A program made the position numbers and the translations under genes. From positions 21,018,001 through 21,082,000 of the forward strand of contig CATNEN010000038.1 of assembly GCA_950097015.1 (NCBI GenBank): 64,000 bases of DNA. The letters are read 5' to 3'. Positions 36,600 to 49,610 of this stretch are shown here, piece by piece. The notes below the pieces were generated by a model that made no database searches, was not told where the DNA came from, and saw only the letters and a program-made list of their open reading frames with translations. Every line of letters starts with the position of its first letter. The stretch's first letter is position 1. The DNA comes from Macrostomum hystrix (taxonomy: Eukaryota > Animalia > Platyhelminthes).

Positions 36600-37935
36600 G
36601 CTCGAAATGTGTAGCTTAGCTTCATACATACATTTATTGGCTATGTGTTGTTGGGGATTAAATTCGTACTTCAAAGCATACTACTCTGCTCCGTGAGGAG
36701 CAACGTGAGCTGCCACGGCATGATGTCCTCCAGCGTCTTCTTCCTCCGTGATGTTGTAGTTCTGAACGATGTTGTCGTCAACTTCTCCCTCGTAGGTTTA
36801 TGCATGCTTATGCAGAGATTGTGTAGTGTGACGCAGGTCTTCACAATCTCACCAGCCAACTCGGGGGTCGCCACGCGCAGCATCCGCAGACACGGAAACC
36901 TGAGCTTCAGTAGGCCAATGCTCCGCTTGACCGAGGAGCGCGTCACTCGATGTGCCCGGTTGAACCGCCGAGATGCATCCGGGAGATTGTCACCGTGGAC
37001 AGGTGGGACCAGCTATTCAAGGCATGGGTAGATTGAGTCTCCCAATAAGACTGCATCGTGAAATGGTCGAAATCCTGCGTTCTCGAACGCATCATACACG
37101 CTGCTATTACGCAGCACGCGAACGTCGTTCACACTTCCCGGCCAGGACGCGTTACATGCCAGCAATTGATGTTGGGGACCTGACACGAGCATCACGTTCA
37201 ATGAGTGTTGGCCCTTACGGTCCAAAAATTGCTCCTCATTGACTCTCGGGGCGATGATTGGGACCAACGTTCCATCTACCAGGCCGCACACGGATGGCAT
37301 GCGAGCGACTCGAAAAAAGTCACGGCCGATTCAATGCGAATCCTCGGGCCAGCGCACCTGCTTCTGGAAGAGCTGCTCATTCACAGCCTGTGACACATTG
37401 CGCACTGCACGGCAGACGGATGCAGTCGATGGACCATGCGCATCCCGTAGCACGTGATAAAAGCTATTCGTTGCGTAAAAGTGCAGAGCAGTTAAGATTT
37501 GTTTTTGTGGGGACAGAGCACAATTTCGCTGCGTAGAAGGCGCCAGCTGAGGACCTATTATTTGCACAAGATGCTCCGCAGTAGCTGGACTCAGTCGGAA
37601 TCTTTGTGTGAATTCAGCACTGACAGCGAAATTCCGTCTATCGAGGTGAACGCGTGGCTCTCGATGCGGACCGTCTTGTTGGAGGTTATGAAGATAGAGG
37701 AAATTCATTGACTAACCAGGGTTGAGCAGCTGCTAGTTTAACCAGGGTTGAGGCTGGCTGAAAAGCAGCAGTAACTTTAGCCTTGCTAGTCGACGTCTGC
37801 TAGCTTTGTGAAATCGACTCTCCCACCCTCGGCACACGATCTGACCTGCTAGCCATAGACAGCTAGACGCTGCTACTTAGCAGTCACTTTGAGAAAGTGA
37901 GAAAGCTGTTAGCAGTGTTTCGTAAAAATCGGCCC
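36600..37935 (-). mobile_element. PIF/Harbinger transposon remnant with HARBI1-like transposase pseudogene (36671-37708)
   Basis: Motifs FRLS, LHFYATNS, VDGTLVPI, RKGQHSLNV, WPGSVND, LLGDSIYP and IGLLKLRFPCL; two in-frame stops; third catalytic E reads K (VKR); Harbinger-like terminus GGGCCGATTTTTACGAAA at 37935. Confidence 0.88.
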
Positions 37936-38689
37936 GAAATCACGTGAACACGAAATCACACTGGTGTTGGTGAGTGTCGTGTGCCAGATCCGGCCTAGAG
38001 TTATTGAAATTGGAAGTCCTATAGACACAGTTATGCAGTTCGCTCAGAGCGCACACATAAGTGCTCCGATCAGTTTGCGTTGTAATCAATCAAAATAAGC
38101 TGGGCTTTTCGAAACGGCTTCATTGTATACTTTCATCTGGCATCGTCTGCCTTAAAACTTTCCACGCAGTTTTAAACCTGCCCGTCATCTTTATCCAATT
38201 AAAGCTACTAAAATACAATTTGTCCTGGTGACTGTTTTGTAATACAAAGCTGACTTGTTGAGTATTGTCGGAGCCATAAATTATTAATTGACTCCTGGAA
38301 AATGAGAGACTATTGTTAGCTAGATAATCCATCCATGTCAGCTTTTTAGCCGATAAAGCTTTTTTATAGCCATAAAATACTGCTAGGCATAAGCGACTGT
38401 GGATAAATTTATTTTTGCATTTTATTTTTTTGCCTGGCCTTCCAGTCTGTAGTTTGCGTTGAAAAATCATCGGCAATAAATAAAAAAGCTGAAACTGTGC
38501 AAAGCATTATAAACATGGGATGCCTGCTCTGCAGTTGGCCTTGGCTAAAGGGTTAACCGAATCACCATCTCTAGAAGATTTTTTCTGATTCAAAGTCAAA
38601 GTTCACCAACCCGTTGCCATGCATTCTGGGTCAAATCCCGCTGCTTGTCAGCAGTTTGTACAGAGCCGTGGTGTCAGGGACAAATTTTA

Positions 38690-38745
38690 TTTGCATTTGA
38701 GTCCAGGTGTCTCCGAGTCCGCGATGGCAAACGGCCAGCAGGCTC
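38690..38745 (-). pseudogene. Diverged fragment of the LamG-like gene 5' end
   Basis: Encodes SLLAVCHRGLGDTWTQMQI, similar to LTICLCRSGDTWTQMQV. Confidence 0.5.
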
Positions 38746-39559
38746 TAAAGGTGCGTTTCTTGTCCATATGGCGTTTCTTGGCAAACAGGCCGGTCCGATG
38801 CTAATTCCCAATACGCCCGGGAGTGGGGGGGTGAGTGGCTCAGCGGCTAATGTCGCTGCCTCACTTTCCAATGGTCGCTGGTTCGTTCCTCTCTACAAGT
38901 CACGATTATTTCGGGGCTTAGTTGGAAGTTTGCGAAGTAGTGACTTGCGGAGATGCACATTATTATGTGCAGCCAAAGCTAGTTTAAAATAGCTTAACCC
39001 CTGCCTTCTGCATGCCTGCTTGTTTGCGTTTGTGTTTGTGCGTTGGGCCGGGTGTGAGGCGTTGTATGGGGGGTGGGGCGGGTGTGCACCAGCCATGCGT
39101 GCTCTGAGCGGCAGCGGCGAGGTTTCACCAGCTGTCTGCGCGCGTGGCTTGGTCCTCTCGTCCCTACCCTTCAGGCATCTAAGTCCTCCCCTGGTTTGGT
39201 AAGCTCTGCGCGTGTGCACGCCTGGGGTGAGAGGCACTCTGGCTGGCCCTTCCCCGCTTGGCTTGCTGCTGCGTGTGAGGTGCCTGTGTCCAGGGGTCCA
39301 GATGGCGCGATGGGCGACTCCCGCCAAGTTCGCCGGCCTGCTGGGGGCATGCCGTTCCTGCGCTTGTGCGTCAAGTGCCCCAGGCCCCCCTGCAATTAAG
39401 TAAGTAAAAGGCCCGCGAGTGCACATGTACCAGTTGATAGCCGCATAGCCTAGTTCGAAGGCCTTGGCAAGCTCCAGTGTCGACCAGTTGCGGTTCAATT
39501 GCAGTTCAGCAAGAAGCGTATGCAGTTTAGCAAGACTCTAATGCAGTTTGGCAACAATC

Positions 39560-39704
39560 TAAAGGCCAGCATTGAGCAGTGCAGCTCAGTGAATGATCTG
39601 TTGCTGTGGACTGGAGAGGCATTGGTCAAGCATTGCACCTGCATCTGAGTCCAGGTGTCTCCGGACCTGTACAGGCAGACAGTCAGCGAGCTCAGCAGAA
39701 GCAA
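39560..39704 (-). pseudogene. Truncated 5' fragment of the LamG-like gene family
   Basis: LLSSLTVCLYRSGDTWTQMQVQCLTNASPVHSNRSFTELHCSMLA, then similarity is lost. Confidence 0.75.
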
Positions 39705-40444
39705 CGTCTGCCGATAATCTGACGAGAATCTTTCGAGAATTCTAATGCCACAATATTCGAATCACTAAGACTTAATTTTTTAACTCATCAATTAGTTTTT
39801 TATGAGAGAAATGTGTATAACTTCTTCCTAGGGTTAAAGGGGTCCACGACAATAGACTCAAAAAGACTGCCAGGACATCTGAATGCCTCAAAAAGACGAA
39901 AAAGACTGCCACAAAAAGACTGCTGACAAAAATACTGCTGACAAAAATACTAGTGACAAAAATACTGCTAACAAAAGGACTGCCGACAATTGTCGTCCGC
40001 CCAAGGCGCAGTGAGATTGTACACTGCCTGACGATCAGTATTCCTGAGCAGATATGCATCTACAGTGGTATGCAATAAACCCGATTTCTCGATTCGCTCG
40101 ACAAGCACAAGTGTATTTAACCGTCTGCGCCCAAAATCAATGTTGCTTGACGCAGAATCGAGCTCAGGGACGTTGGTGCAAAAGGCGAAAGCCGTTAACT
40201 ACTCTGCCACTCAGCCCACCCCGTCAACCAAGAATTGTTTACCGACGAAAATGTTTACCGATGAGAAAACAGGACTCCATTAAGCTAATTTAAGGCTTTC
40301 CGAAGTCTTGTTGCTTAAAACACAGGTTGAAAAAAATACCGATCTGGGTGAACTGGAATCGCTTCTGATCGCTTGAACATCAAAGTACATTTTTGGTTGA
40401 GACCGGTGTATGACTTAGACCAGCAGGGTGAGTATACTGCCTAT

Positions 40445-41467
40445 ACCACCTGGGCCTCCGCAAGGTCACCGCCCGCTGGGTGCCCCACCTCCTGACAGAA
40501 GAGCAGAAGATGGAGAGGGTGCGGTGCAGCCAGGAATTCCTGCGCAACTTCGGTCCAGGAGGCAGCCAGAGGCTTTCCGACGTCGTTACAGGTGATGAGA
40601 AATGGTTTTTCTCAGAATTTTCAAGTGCCCCAGAAGATGCAGAACAAGGCCTGGGTGGGCTCTGGAGACGCGAGGCCGACTGTCCTGCGGTCCAGCTTTC
40701 GGTCCCGGAAGGAGATGTTCGTCATCTTCATCAGCACATCTGGGCCCGTGGCCGTCATTGTCTTGATTTCTTATGCTACAAATTGAGTCCTCGCAGTAAG
40801 AGCCCGTTCATACGGCTGTGAGCCAATTCAGGCCGAGAGTCAAAATATATTTAAGTTTAACAGAGCGATAAGGAAGGGGGGTTGGTGGTACGATAACAAG
40901 AGTGCGCGACTGAGGGTAGGAGAGGAGGCTAGAACCTGAGTGGCGGACCAATCAGAGAGGAGGAAAGAAAGAAAGGATAGAGAATGAGAGATCAGCCGCA
41001 GAGATAACGAGAGAGAAAGAACTAGATTGAACTGGACGATGTAAACAAGAAAAGTGCAGAGAACGAAAGAGTGAATAGATCGAGGACCGAAGGCAGAGAC
41101 GAAAGTCGCGACAGTCATAATGGTGCCTAATGGACAGAATGTGAACGCTAGCTTCTACTCCGGTACAGTTCTGCCACAAGTCATGGCGTCACTTCACGCA
41201 ACTCAGCCCTCACGGCTTCAAGCTGGGCAAGTTCACCTGCACTATGACAATGCCTCCAGTCACACAGCGGCCCTGACGACCAACTTTCTGGCAGCCAACA
41301 ACATCAAGACCATCAGACACCCACCCTACAGTCCTGATTTGGCTCCCTGCGACTTCTGGGTGTTCGCCAAGCTCACTGAACGGCTGGCAGGACGGAATTT
41401 TCACCGATGCCAGGACCTGGCTAGATGCATCAATTCAGAGCTGAAGGCCATACCTGCTTCCGGATAA
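40445..41467 (+). mobile_element. mariner (DD34D) transposase pseudogene interrupted by a solo LTR
   Basis: ARWVPHLLT, VVTGDEKW, HYDNASSH and HPPYSPDLAPCD with 34 residues between the 2nd and 3rd Asp; frameshift near 40615. Confidence 0.92.
40759..41113 (-). mobile_element. Solo LTR
   Basis: TG...CA termini; 5-bp TSD GTCAT (40754-40758 / 41114-41118); homologous to 20193-20541. Confidence 0.92.
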
Positions 41468-41807
41468 TAATATAATATAAAAAATTCTAATATTTTAATG
41501 TTCTATGTTCTAATATAAAAAATTCAAATAATACAACATTTAACTTAGATGCTCCTTCTTTAATGACGGTAAGGTCTTATGTTTCGCTATAATTCCCTTC
41601 AGCGGGTACGAAGTACGTAAGGATTATTCGTTTTATATTTGTTTTACGGTAATTACCTGCTTAATCAGTTAATACATGAATAGTGTGCTAACACCAGAAA
41701 TAATGGATAAAGCAAAGTTGCTAAAGTTCTTTTTTTGCTTAAGCAAAACATCAAACCGAGGAATGTGTGACAATTTTCAAATGATACCGCAGTAATACAG
41801 AGGCAGT

Positions 41808-41895
41808 CTAATTCTAATTCTAATTCTAATTCTAATTCTAATTCTAATTTTAATTCTAATTCTAATTCTACAACTTGTAATTCTAATTCTAATTC
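41808..41895. repeat. (CTAATT)n microsatellite
   Basis: Directly visible. Confidence 0.9.
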
Positions 41896-43995
41896 TGCCC
41901 TTTTAAGTTCAATGCTAATCGTCAGCGCGGAGGTATTCAAAAAATTCTTACAGCTAGCCTTTGTCTTTTGGAACTCTCTCAAATTAAGCTTTTCAATTTA
42001 GCAAGCTTTCTTGCAAAATTACTTTATTACTTTATTACTTTATTACTTTATTAATGCATTACTTTACTTTTTTCACATGGATGCGTCTATTGTTAAAAAA
42101 ACTTAGTTAGTTAGAGGCAAGCAAAATCTATATTAAACAGTGAGTTGGCAAGTAAAGCCCAAGAACGGGGGACAGTGGCACGAGTCCTTACTACGATTCC
42201 TCATACTTTTTTGGTAGCTCAAAGAGCTTTACCCCATCATACAGCTACGCATGACATCCTTTTAACAATATGCATGGCTCGTAGGAGGGGGTGAGTGGAA
42301 CGGTGATCATAGGCGTTTGCCTCTCGCTCAAAAGTCCTTGAGATCGATTCTGAATTTTATTTTGGTTGCAGCGCGGAGAGAAAGATTGGAGCTTGTGCTG
42401 AATTTTTAATTTACCTCGGTTTACCTCGGGCGCCTCTTACTCATAGAAGTTGAATACATCATTGGTCCATGCTCCAGATGTCCATGGCCGAAAGAGGCGG
42501 GATTTTCTTCCATGCAGCCTTTTTAACTTGATATCGATGATGAGCACTTTTTAGTGTAAAATGTGTGTACATGTACACAAGTTTGTGTAGTTTGTGTAGT
42601 GTGATGTACATAAGGGCTTTCACTCCGCTAACTAAATTTTATCTCTAGCAATTTGATGTGCAGCGGTATCGTCCACCCACCCCTCCGCTTTAGCTAATGC
42701 GAAGATATTGTCAATAATGAGTGTGATAAGCCAGTCAGGCTGGTTAAGTGTGTTTTGTCGGTTTGAGATCTGGTGCTCACGTTTGAGCACCACTAAATTG
42801 ACTAGCCGTCGATACTAGAGTCGCCACCCTTTGCACCAATAAGCAACTTCTATCGGATCTCCTTTGCAAGTTGCACAACTCACTTTAAACCGCGGGAACA
42901 TACATTACGTAATCACTACGCTGAGCAATAGGGTGTAGCATTAAAATAATGATAAAATTGTTTAATTAAATTCGTAACCCTGGAAGCAACATTCGATTTA
43001 CAATGTTTAATTCAGAAAAGTTCTTAGTAACAAGTTACGAGTACGAGTAACATACGGCGAAGGACGAAAAATTCTCGCTCAATAAGTTATTATTATTATT
43101 ATTATTATTATCATTATTATAAAGTGCGCACTCAAAAAAGTTGTTGATTTTTATTCCATTTTATTTTTAATCGCCACTGCAAGTAGGAACTTAGCAACCT
43201 AATCTAAAGGCCAAAAAATGAAAGCAAAATAACAGAAAAAAGCTAAATTAGTTGAGAATGACGCGACGCACGCCATGCACCAAAAACTTCTTTGTGCCTT
43301 TGGTCTTTGGGCCAGGCAGGTTGATGCTTGCGTCATAGAGAGAGAGAGAGAGTACAAACTGATCAACATTTTGGGAGTTTTTAATTTGCCCTTCGCATTT
43401 CAAGTGCGAGAAATTTTTACTACAGTACTGCCTTTATGTTATCACAACACTCATATACAAGGACAAAAAATGTTCTGCGCTTACAGGTCCCCCAAACACA
43501 ATGACGCAAAACAGCAGTGGAGCTATCGTTCCTTTACCTACCTCGTACCTCACTACCTTACCTGAAGGACACAGAACTCACAACCAATAGAAAGCCGATA
43601 AAAGAGAGACAAAAAATAAAAAAGGCACAGAATTATGTTTCCATGAAAAGCCTCATTTCCCGCATTCACTTAGAAGCGTCCTTCAGAAAGCTTTCAAGAG
43701 GACGCGAAACCAGAAAAGCATTCAATACTTTAGCGACATCAGCAGCAAAAATGGGTAAGCTATGAAAAATATAATTTTCTAACAAATCTTAGCCGAAACC
43801 TTCACGATAGATGAAGCTATGAGTAAAAATGCATTCATTAGTTTACGTGGGTTGCAATTTCTATTGAACGATTGCAACTCTGACTTTAGACAAGGACAAT
43901 GTACGAAAGACAAGGAAAACTTACACCTAGAAAATTGTTACTGAGTTCTACCAGCGTACAGTATTTATAAACTTTCCCTGGTGTTTTCAGTCGTT

Positions 43996-44970
43996 ATGCT
44001 CTTGATATTAGTGCAGCTGCTGAGCTCGCTGACTGTCTGCCTGTGCCGGTCCGGAGACACCTGGACTCAAATGCAGGTGCAGTGCTTGACCAATGCCACC
44101 CCAGTCCACAGCAACAGAGCATTCACTGAGCAGCACTGCTCAATGCTGGCCTCTGATGCATTCCCGTCTGGCATTCTGATTGCCCAGTTCAGAGCGGCCT
44201 CTCTCCAGTGCGATCTCTTCCGCTACCAGTCCGTGTGTCGCCAGCTTCTCTCCGGTGTGACCAGCGACTGCCGAGTGCTCATCCGATTCCGCATCAGCTA
44301 TCCGAGCAAGCTCAGCTCGAAGCTCACAAATGTGTGGCTCGGAGACGACATGACCAGATTAGAGAATGTGCTGTGCCAGGCTGACGAAGAGACGAACCGC
44401 TTCTATCCGATCGGCGTCCAGTGGACGGAGGACGGCGCCGCGTTCGATGGGAGCAGCTCGTACCTGGCGCTGAACAAGAGCGACATCGCGTTCGGCTCCG
44501 GCGTCACCGTGCTGCTGCGGATGAAGAGAACGCTTCAGGTGCAGGCACTTCTTGAGTCGTACGATTGTTCAAACTTTTTAACAGGTCCTAAGTACGACCA
44601 CTTCTGGGAGTACGATGCAGTTTCCAAGCTTTTCTTAGTCGTTAAAACGCAGGCTAGTGCAGCCCCGAAGCTATATCTGACGACAACTGCGCCTCTGACA
44701 CAGAATGCCAGCGAGTGGGTGAACATTGGCTTCACGTCCACGTCATCTGCTGACGTGTTCGGAATATTCGTTGGAAACTCGTTCTTGTCATCTGGTAGTT
44801 TGCAGCTCGCAACCTCATCGGACTACAGCCTGATGCCTCAGCTCTGCTTCCGATTCGGTAAACGACTGGGCGACCCTCGAATGTTTAAGGGAACTGTCAG
44901 GGTCATTGCTATCAGCAACAGCTCCATGTCCGAGAGTGAGATACGGGACTTCTTCACCTTGGTCGTGTGA
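43996..44970 (+). CDS. Secreted LamG/concanavalin-A-like lectin-fold protein, paralogue B (~324 aa)
   Basis: Inverted paralogue of 34529-35500; signal peptide MLLILVQLLSSLTVCLC; intact ORF. Confidence 0.75.
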   Translation: MLLILVQLLSSLTVCLCRSGDTWTQMQVQCLTNATPVHSNRAFTEQHCSMLASDAFPSGILIAQFRAASLQCDLFRYQSVCRQLLSGVTSDCRVLIRFRISYPSKLSSKLTNVWLGDDMTRLENVLCQADEETNRFYPIGVQWTEDGAAFDGSSSYLALNKSDIAFGSGVTVLLRMKRTLQVQALLESYDCSNFLTGPKYDHFWEYDAVSKLFLVVKTQASAAPKLYLTTTAPLTQNASEWVNIGFTSTSSADVFGIFVGNSFLSSGSLQLATSSDYSLMPQLCFRFGKRLGDPRMFKGTVRVIAISNSSMSESEIRDFFTLVV

Positions 44971-46069
44971 AGGCCTTCTGTGCTGATTTTATGTAGTGGT
45001 ATCGTCGAGAAAATGAAAATTAGTACTCTTTAAGTACTTTTAAATACTTTTAAATCAATTTAAAATGCTTTTCCGAACAAGCTTTTTCAATATGATATTT
45101 TGAAAATGAGTGTTTTAATTTTTCTTAATTCTCTTTTTTTAGTTTAAAGTTTTATAGTTTTTTAATTTATCTCTAAATATAATTTATAGTTCAGTAGAAA
45201 ATTATACTATATTATGCCGAGATAATCGGTTTCCTGCTGATTGAAGCGATTGATATCCCATTCATTTAACAATGTCGAATCATTGGCTTTCAAGTCGTGA
45301 GTCCTAGGTTTTAAGCCCTGTGCTACAGTTCGCTGGGCCCTACCACCATTTGTTTTTGGAGAGGAATATTGATCTGAAATGTGAAATGTGAAAATCTATA
45401 CACGAGACTACGGATCGGTTGATTTGCGATGCATCTTTTTGTATGTCACTAACTCATTTGGCTATTGACAAAGTTTTATCCACAGAATACACAGTGTATT
45501 CTGTGGTTTTATCTATCCAATTTCATTATGCCACAACGATTCAAGGCTCGTTCACACTGAAAATCTGATGTGAAAATGTGGAAATCACTAATGAAAACTA
45601 AATTTTCATTTTTGACTCGAGAAAGGAGTAAGGCGACTTTGCAAGCGTAAGAGTAACAGCTACGAAATATTTCTGTGGTTAATTTATCTTTCCTTGGTCG
45701 TGCACTACCTTGTACTCGTATTTTTATACTCAACTACTATAATAGTACTGCTGTGCATTTTTTAGTTTTTTAGTTTTTTTCTGAATTTTTTCCCAAGAAA
45801 ACGTATATTGTATCAATATATCAATGTATCAATTCGGAACAATATATCGACCGTATATTGATCCGAATGATTAATTATCTTATCAATCTTAGGAAAAATT
45901 AACAACTTTTCCACTAATCAAGAGTCTTACATCCTTCGAATTTACGCTAGCTCGTAATTGTACTCGAGTTAAGCTTCAGCATCAGAATGTCAAGAATTTT
46001 ACTTATTTTAAACATATACCCAAGCACCCTAAACGCAAATTCCAGATTGCATCAACGCTAATTTATATC

Positions 46070-48301
46070 ATGGCGATAAATGGAACCTCACTCATGCATA
46101 GAAAACTAACTGACGATGCGTTTCAGCCGAAAATTGCCGCGATAATTCATCAGACATTTGCTGCTGATCGAGCATTGAACGCGCACAGAAGTTATAGTAA
46201 AAGTTGCATCGAATTAAATCCCGATTGGCAGTACTACATGTGGACAGATGATGCCATCGGAGCCTTTATAAAGGACGATTATCCTTTTTTCTGACAAGAT
46301 CTTGTGATCTTGTGCTTACAAATCACAAGATCAAAGAAGACAGAGTGCTCGCTATATGATTTTGCATCACTTTGAAGGTGAGTTGGTCTGCGATTAGGGG
46401 TGAAGTTTGGGGTAACAGCTTAAGGCAAGGAGATTCACAAATACAAGTTAGTACTGGGTTTGATGAGCAAATGCTTGGTACTGCATTTACTCAAATGCCT
46501 GGCAGCTTACTAAATACTAAATACTAAATGACAGTCGTCCAGTTGTAATAAAATGAATGTCCTAGCTGGAGCGAGAGGAATTTTAAAGCTAGCGACTATT
46601 CACTATTCACCGGGGTCGGTGTCCTACCAATCGTTTCAATAGCAGCAGGGAATCTGAAATTAAATAGCGTTAGAGTACTAGGGTAGCAAGCGAAGCGGAA
46701 TAGGAAATGTCGTCCTCCGGCCCGGCGAAACTTCCAATGCAAAAGGAATAACACAGTGTGAACACAAGACTCGAATAATTTGATTAGAAGTGATTTGATC
46801 AGCTGTGACTAAGATTCCAGATACGAATAGGAATTACTTTGAATATCGTTTACTTGACTTAAAAGTTATACTGACAGAATAGATGTTCGCACAGAAATAA
46901 ATTATAGCGCGCTCACAGTGAGAAGCAAGTCTGGCCTAACAATTTGGATATAACAATTTTACCTAACTGGCCTAATCCGCGCCCTACTCTTCCCGAGAGG
47001 CTCCGGTTGTCTCTGCTTTCAGCGCTGCCCCGACAAATCCTATCGGTTGGCACTCCTTCTGCCGGACGGCGGAGTCTCCGAAGAGAGCACGTACTGACTT
47101 CGACAACCAGCGCCTATCTAGACCACCCTTGTCAGCGGCGCACTCTCAAGACGCGTAGCGCCGAAAGCTACCTAACTGAGCAAGCGGAGCGTGGTCGGGC
47201 GGGGAAGGACAAAACAAGTGGACTTAATTTGCTGGCGCGTGCTTCTCACAGTGTGAGGCGAATTGCCGATAGCGATAATTTGCACGTGCTTCTCACAGTG
47301 TGAGGCGGATTGCAGAAAAAGATAATTTTGGACTACAAAAACACGCTTCGTTATATAGAGTCATCTCAACCCCAAACTAGGTCGATCGGCGAGGTGGATG
47401 CCTGGCTGTAGCTTGAGCCAAGGTGACAAATCACAGTAGACTTGCGACCGCCGTTCTGAGCCCCGGGGTTGCTTCTTGCCGAGGGTAGACAGGTAGTGAG
47501 GCCAGGTCGCTCGCTGATTGGCCGGGACCGTAGCCCAGGGGTAGCGCTCGCGGGGTGGTGGGCGTCCGTTCCCCCAGCTGGTCCGGCCCGGCTTGGCGTG
47601 GGTGACTCTTAGCAAAAAACACACGCGTCTAAAATAGATAATTAAGCACTGAAAAATAACACGGGGAGATAGAAGTACAAACAAGCTGACACTACACAGT
47701 CTCTTACAAAATCGCCAATTTCTACCCAAATTTAAGCCATACCTATTCTTCAATTTATGTCTTTATTTATGCCGAGCTCTATTGTTTTAGTTCAAATTTT
47801 ACCCAGATCTTCTCAAACTAACCATCCCCATTTAACAAGATCCTGATGGAACGTTCTAAAACTATATAAAAATTCCTCCTAATGCATTTTTTAGGAATTT
47901 TCATCGACATGGACGTTCAGTGCATGAGACCGTTTTTTCCTAGCATAGAAGAACTGACGGCATTTCTAGCCCAGGAGTACACGATGCTTTCCTTCGAGAG
48001 AGCGGCAGCCATAAATAGTGTTATGGGTTCTGTATCTGGGCATCCTTTCTTCCTGCGCCTCGTGTTTGAGATGATCGAGGTTGACGACAAAGAAGAAGGC
48101 CCACTATCGACCTCTGGTCACTTCATGCTTACCAAAGCGCTTAGAAACTGGTGGCTAAGTGAATTCACTAGCTGCATTCAAGTGACCCTGCTCAGCCCAG
48201 AATTGCTCAAACCAATCGTTCGCAACAATGCGAATAACTTTAAAAGGACCTGCAAAGAGCTGGGTCAAATTAAGTTCCGACGCTACCCATATAGCAACGG
48301 C
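46070..48301 (+). pseudogene. GT32-family (DxD, SUR1/OCH1-like) glycosyltransferase, disrupted; exons ~46070-46377 and 47895-48301
   Basis: PKIAAIIHQTF, LNPDWQYYMWTD, ARYMILHHFEG|IFIDMDV across a GTGAGT...TTTTAG intron, and NSVMGSVSGHPFF; stop at 46292 and P-type element insertion at 48301. Confidence 0.8.
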
Positions 48302-48789
48302 CAAGGACAACTTGATAACTCAGGACCTGAAACGAGTCAATTCATGGCGAAAATGGTATGAGGCTCGTTTAAAAGCATTGTTCTAAGCTTTTACTTAGGC
48401 AATTTTAAAAGTCGATTGCTTAACACTTTCTGCATAGTCTATGGTATTTTGTATCCATAGAGAATGCGTAAATTTATGAATGTATTTAGATATAACAATT
48501 TAAACAAAACACGCTAATAAGACAAAGTTTTGTGATGCTCATGGGAAGAGTAATAGTCCAAGTTTCGCAGGTAGTCACTTCGTAAAGTTGAACGTGCACT
48601 TCTCGAATTTGCAATTTTCGGATAGCTTGGATACTTGCGCTTGGGTGCTTCGAACTGCAATATCGAAAAAGCAAAATAAAGTAGCAGAAATACATGGATT
48701 CAGAAATACCTTTCCCAGCGAAGTTTTAACTTACCCGTTGAAAGGTGAACTTCTTGGCTCGGGGTAGCACTGGTGGGCTTCTGGAGTTC

Positions 48790-49460
48790 CACAATTGGCC
48801 GTTCTAACGCGGTGCTTACCGCAGTCGATGCTTCGAACACAGCACGGTTCGCTCGCTCTTTTGGCCGGTAATGCACATAATGTCACTCATACATAGTGTC
48901 CAACTTCATCTGCGATCTGCGATACGACTCACGCGAATGCAGTGATTCGTGTATACACGAGACAGATTTAGCTTCTTGCTAAGACGACTCATCAGACTGT
49001 TCATCCAGTTAATTTCGCGAGCCTGCTGCGTAGAGAAGCGCAGATTTCCTGTCTTGCAATCGTTCGGTAGTGACCGCGGGAACAGCGTGTTCTCATTGCG
49101 ACCCGACGGAAGCATCGAAATATATCTCTGCACGAGCTCCCGCTGTTTTCCATACAATCTAGCTTGCTTTGATGTGTCGTCTTTACACCGCGTTGGGTCG
49201 GAACTCTGGTTCTTTGTTGGCAGCGAAGGAAGTGCCAAATAGGCTCTTGCCATCAGCATCTACATGTTCAGTCAGAGTGCTCGAATTCTGCAGAGCCTTT
49301 AAATGCTCCTGTCCTCGCTCTCCAAAGATGTACAACAATGTGAAAAGTACCTCCTCTTGAAGCTTCTCGCCGGTACTACCATCGAAATGGTCTCGAAGCT
49401 TATGCATATCCACCTCTTCGATTGCTTCAAATTGTTTGGTAGTTCCACCCTCATTATGAG
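48790..49460 (-). pseudogene. Crypton-type (DUF3504; ZMYM/KCTD1/QRICH1-related) tyrosine recombinase catalytic domain inside the P-type element
   Basis: Motifs in expected order: LQEEVLFTLLYIFGERGQE (R), PTKN (K), YISMLP...LFPR, MSRLSKKLNLSRVYTNHCIRVS (HxxR) and IMCITGQKS (H position reads Q); one frameshift and stops. Confidence 0.8.
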
Positions 49461-49610
49461 GCCATTATTCAACTCTGCAACATACTATTCAATCTACCAT
49501 TGTTCTATGGACCATCCAAAGCTGAGAAGAAATCTGAGCTGAAAATCGAGTTCTTCGCATGCACTTGCAACTGAGAGAGAGAACTTTTATTCTTGCTGAA
49601 ACTAAATATC

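Noticed and set aside
39715-39745. Hammerhead ribozyme core (CTGACGAG)
   Set aside because: No properly placed GAAA or complete stems I-III were seen.
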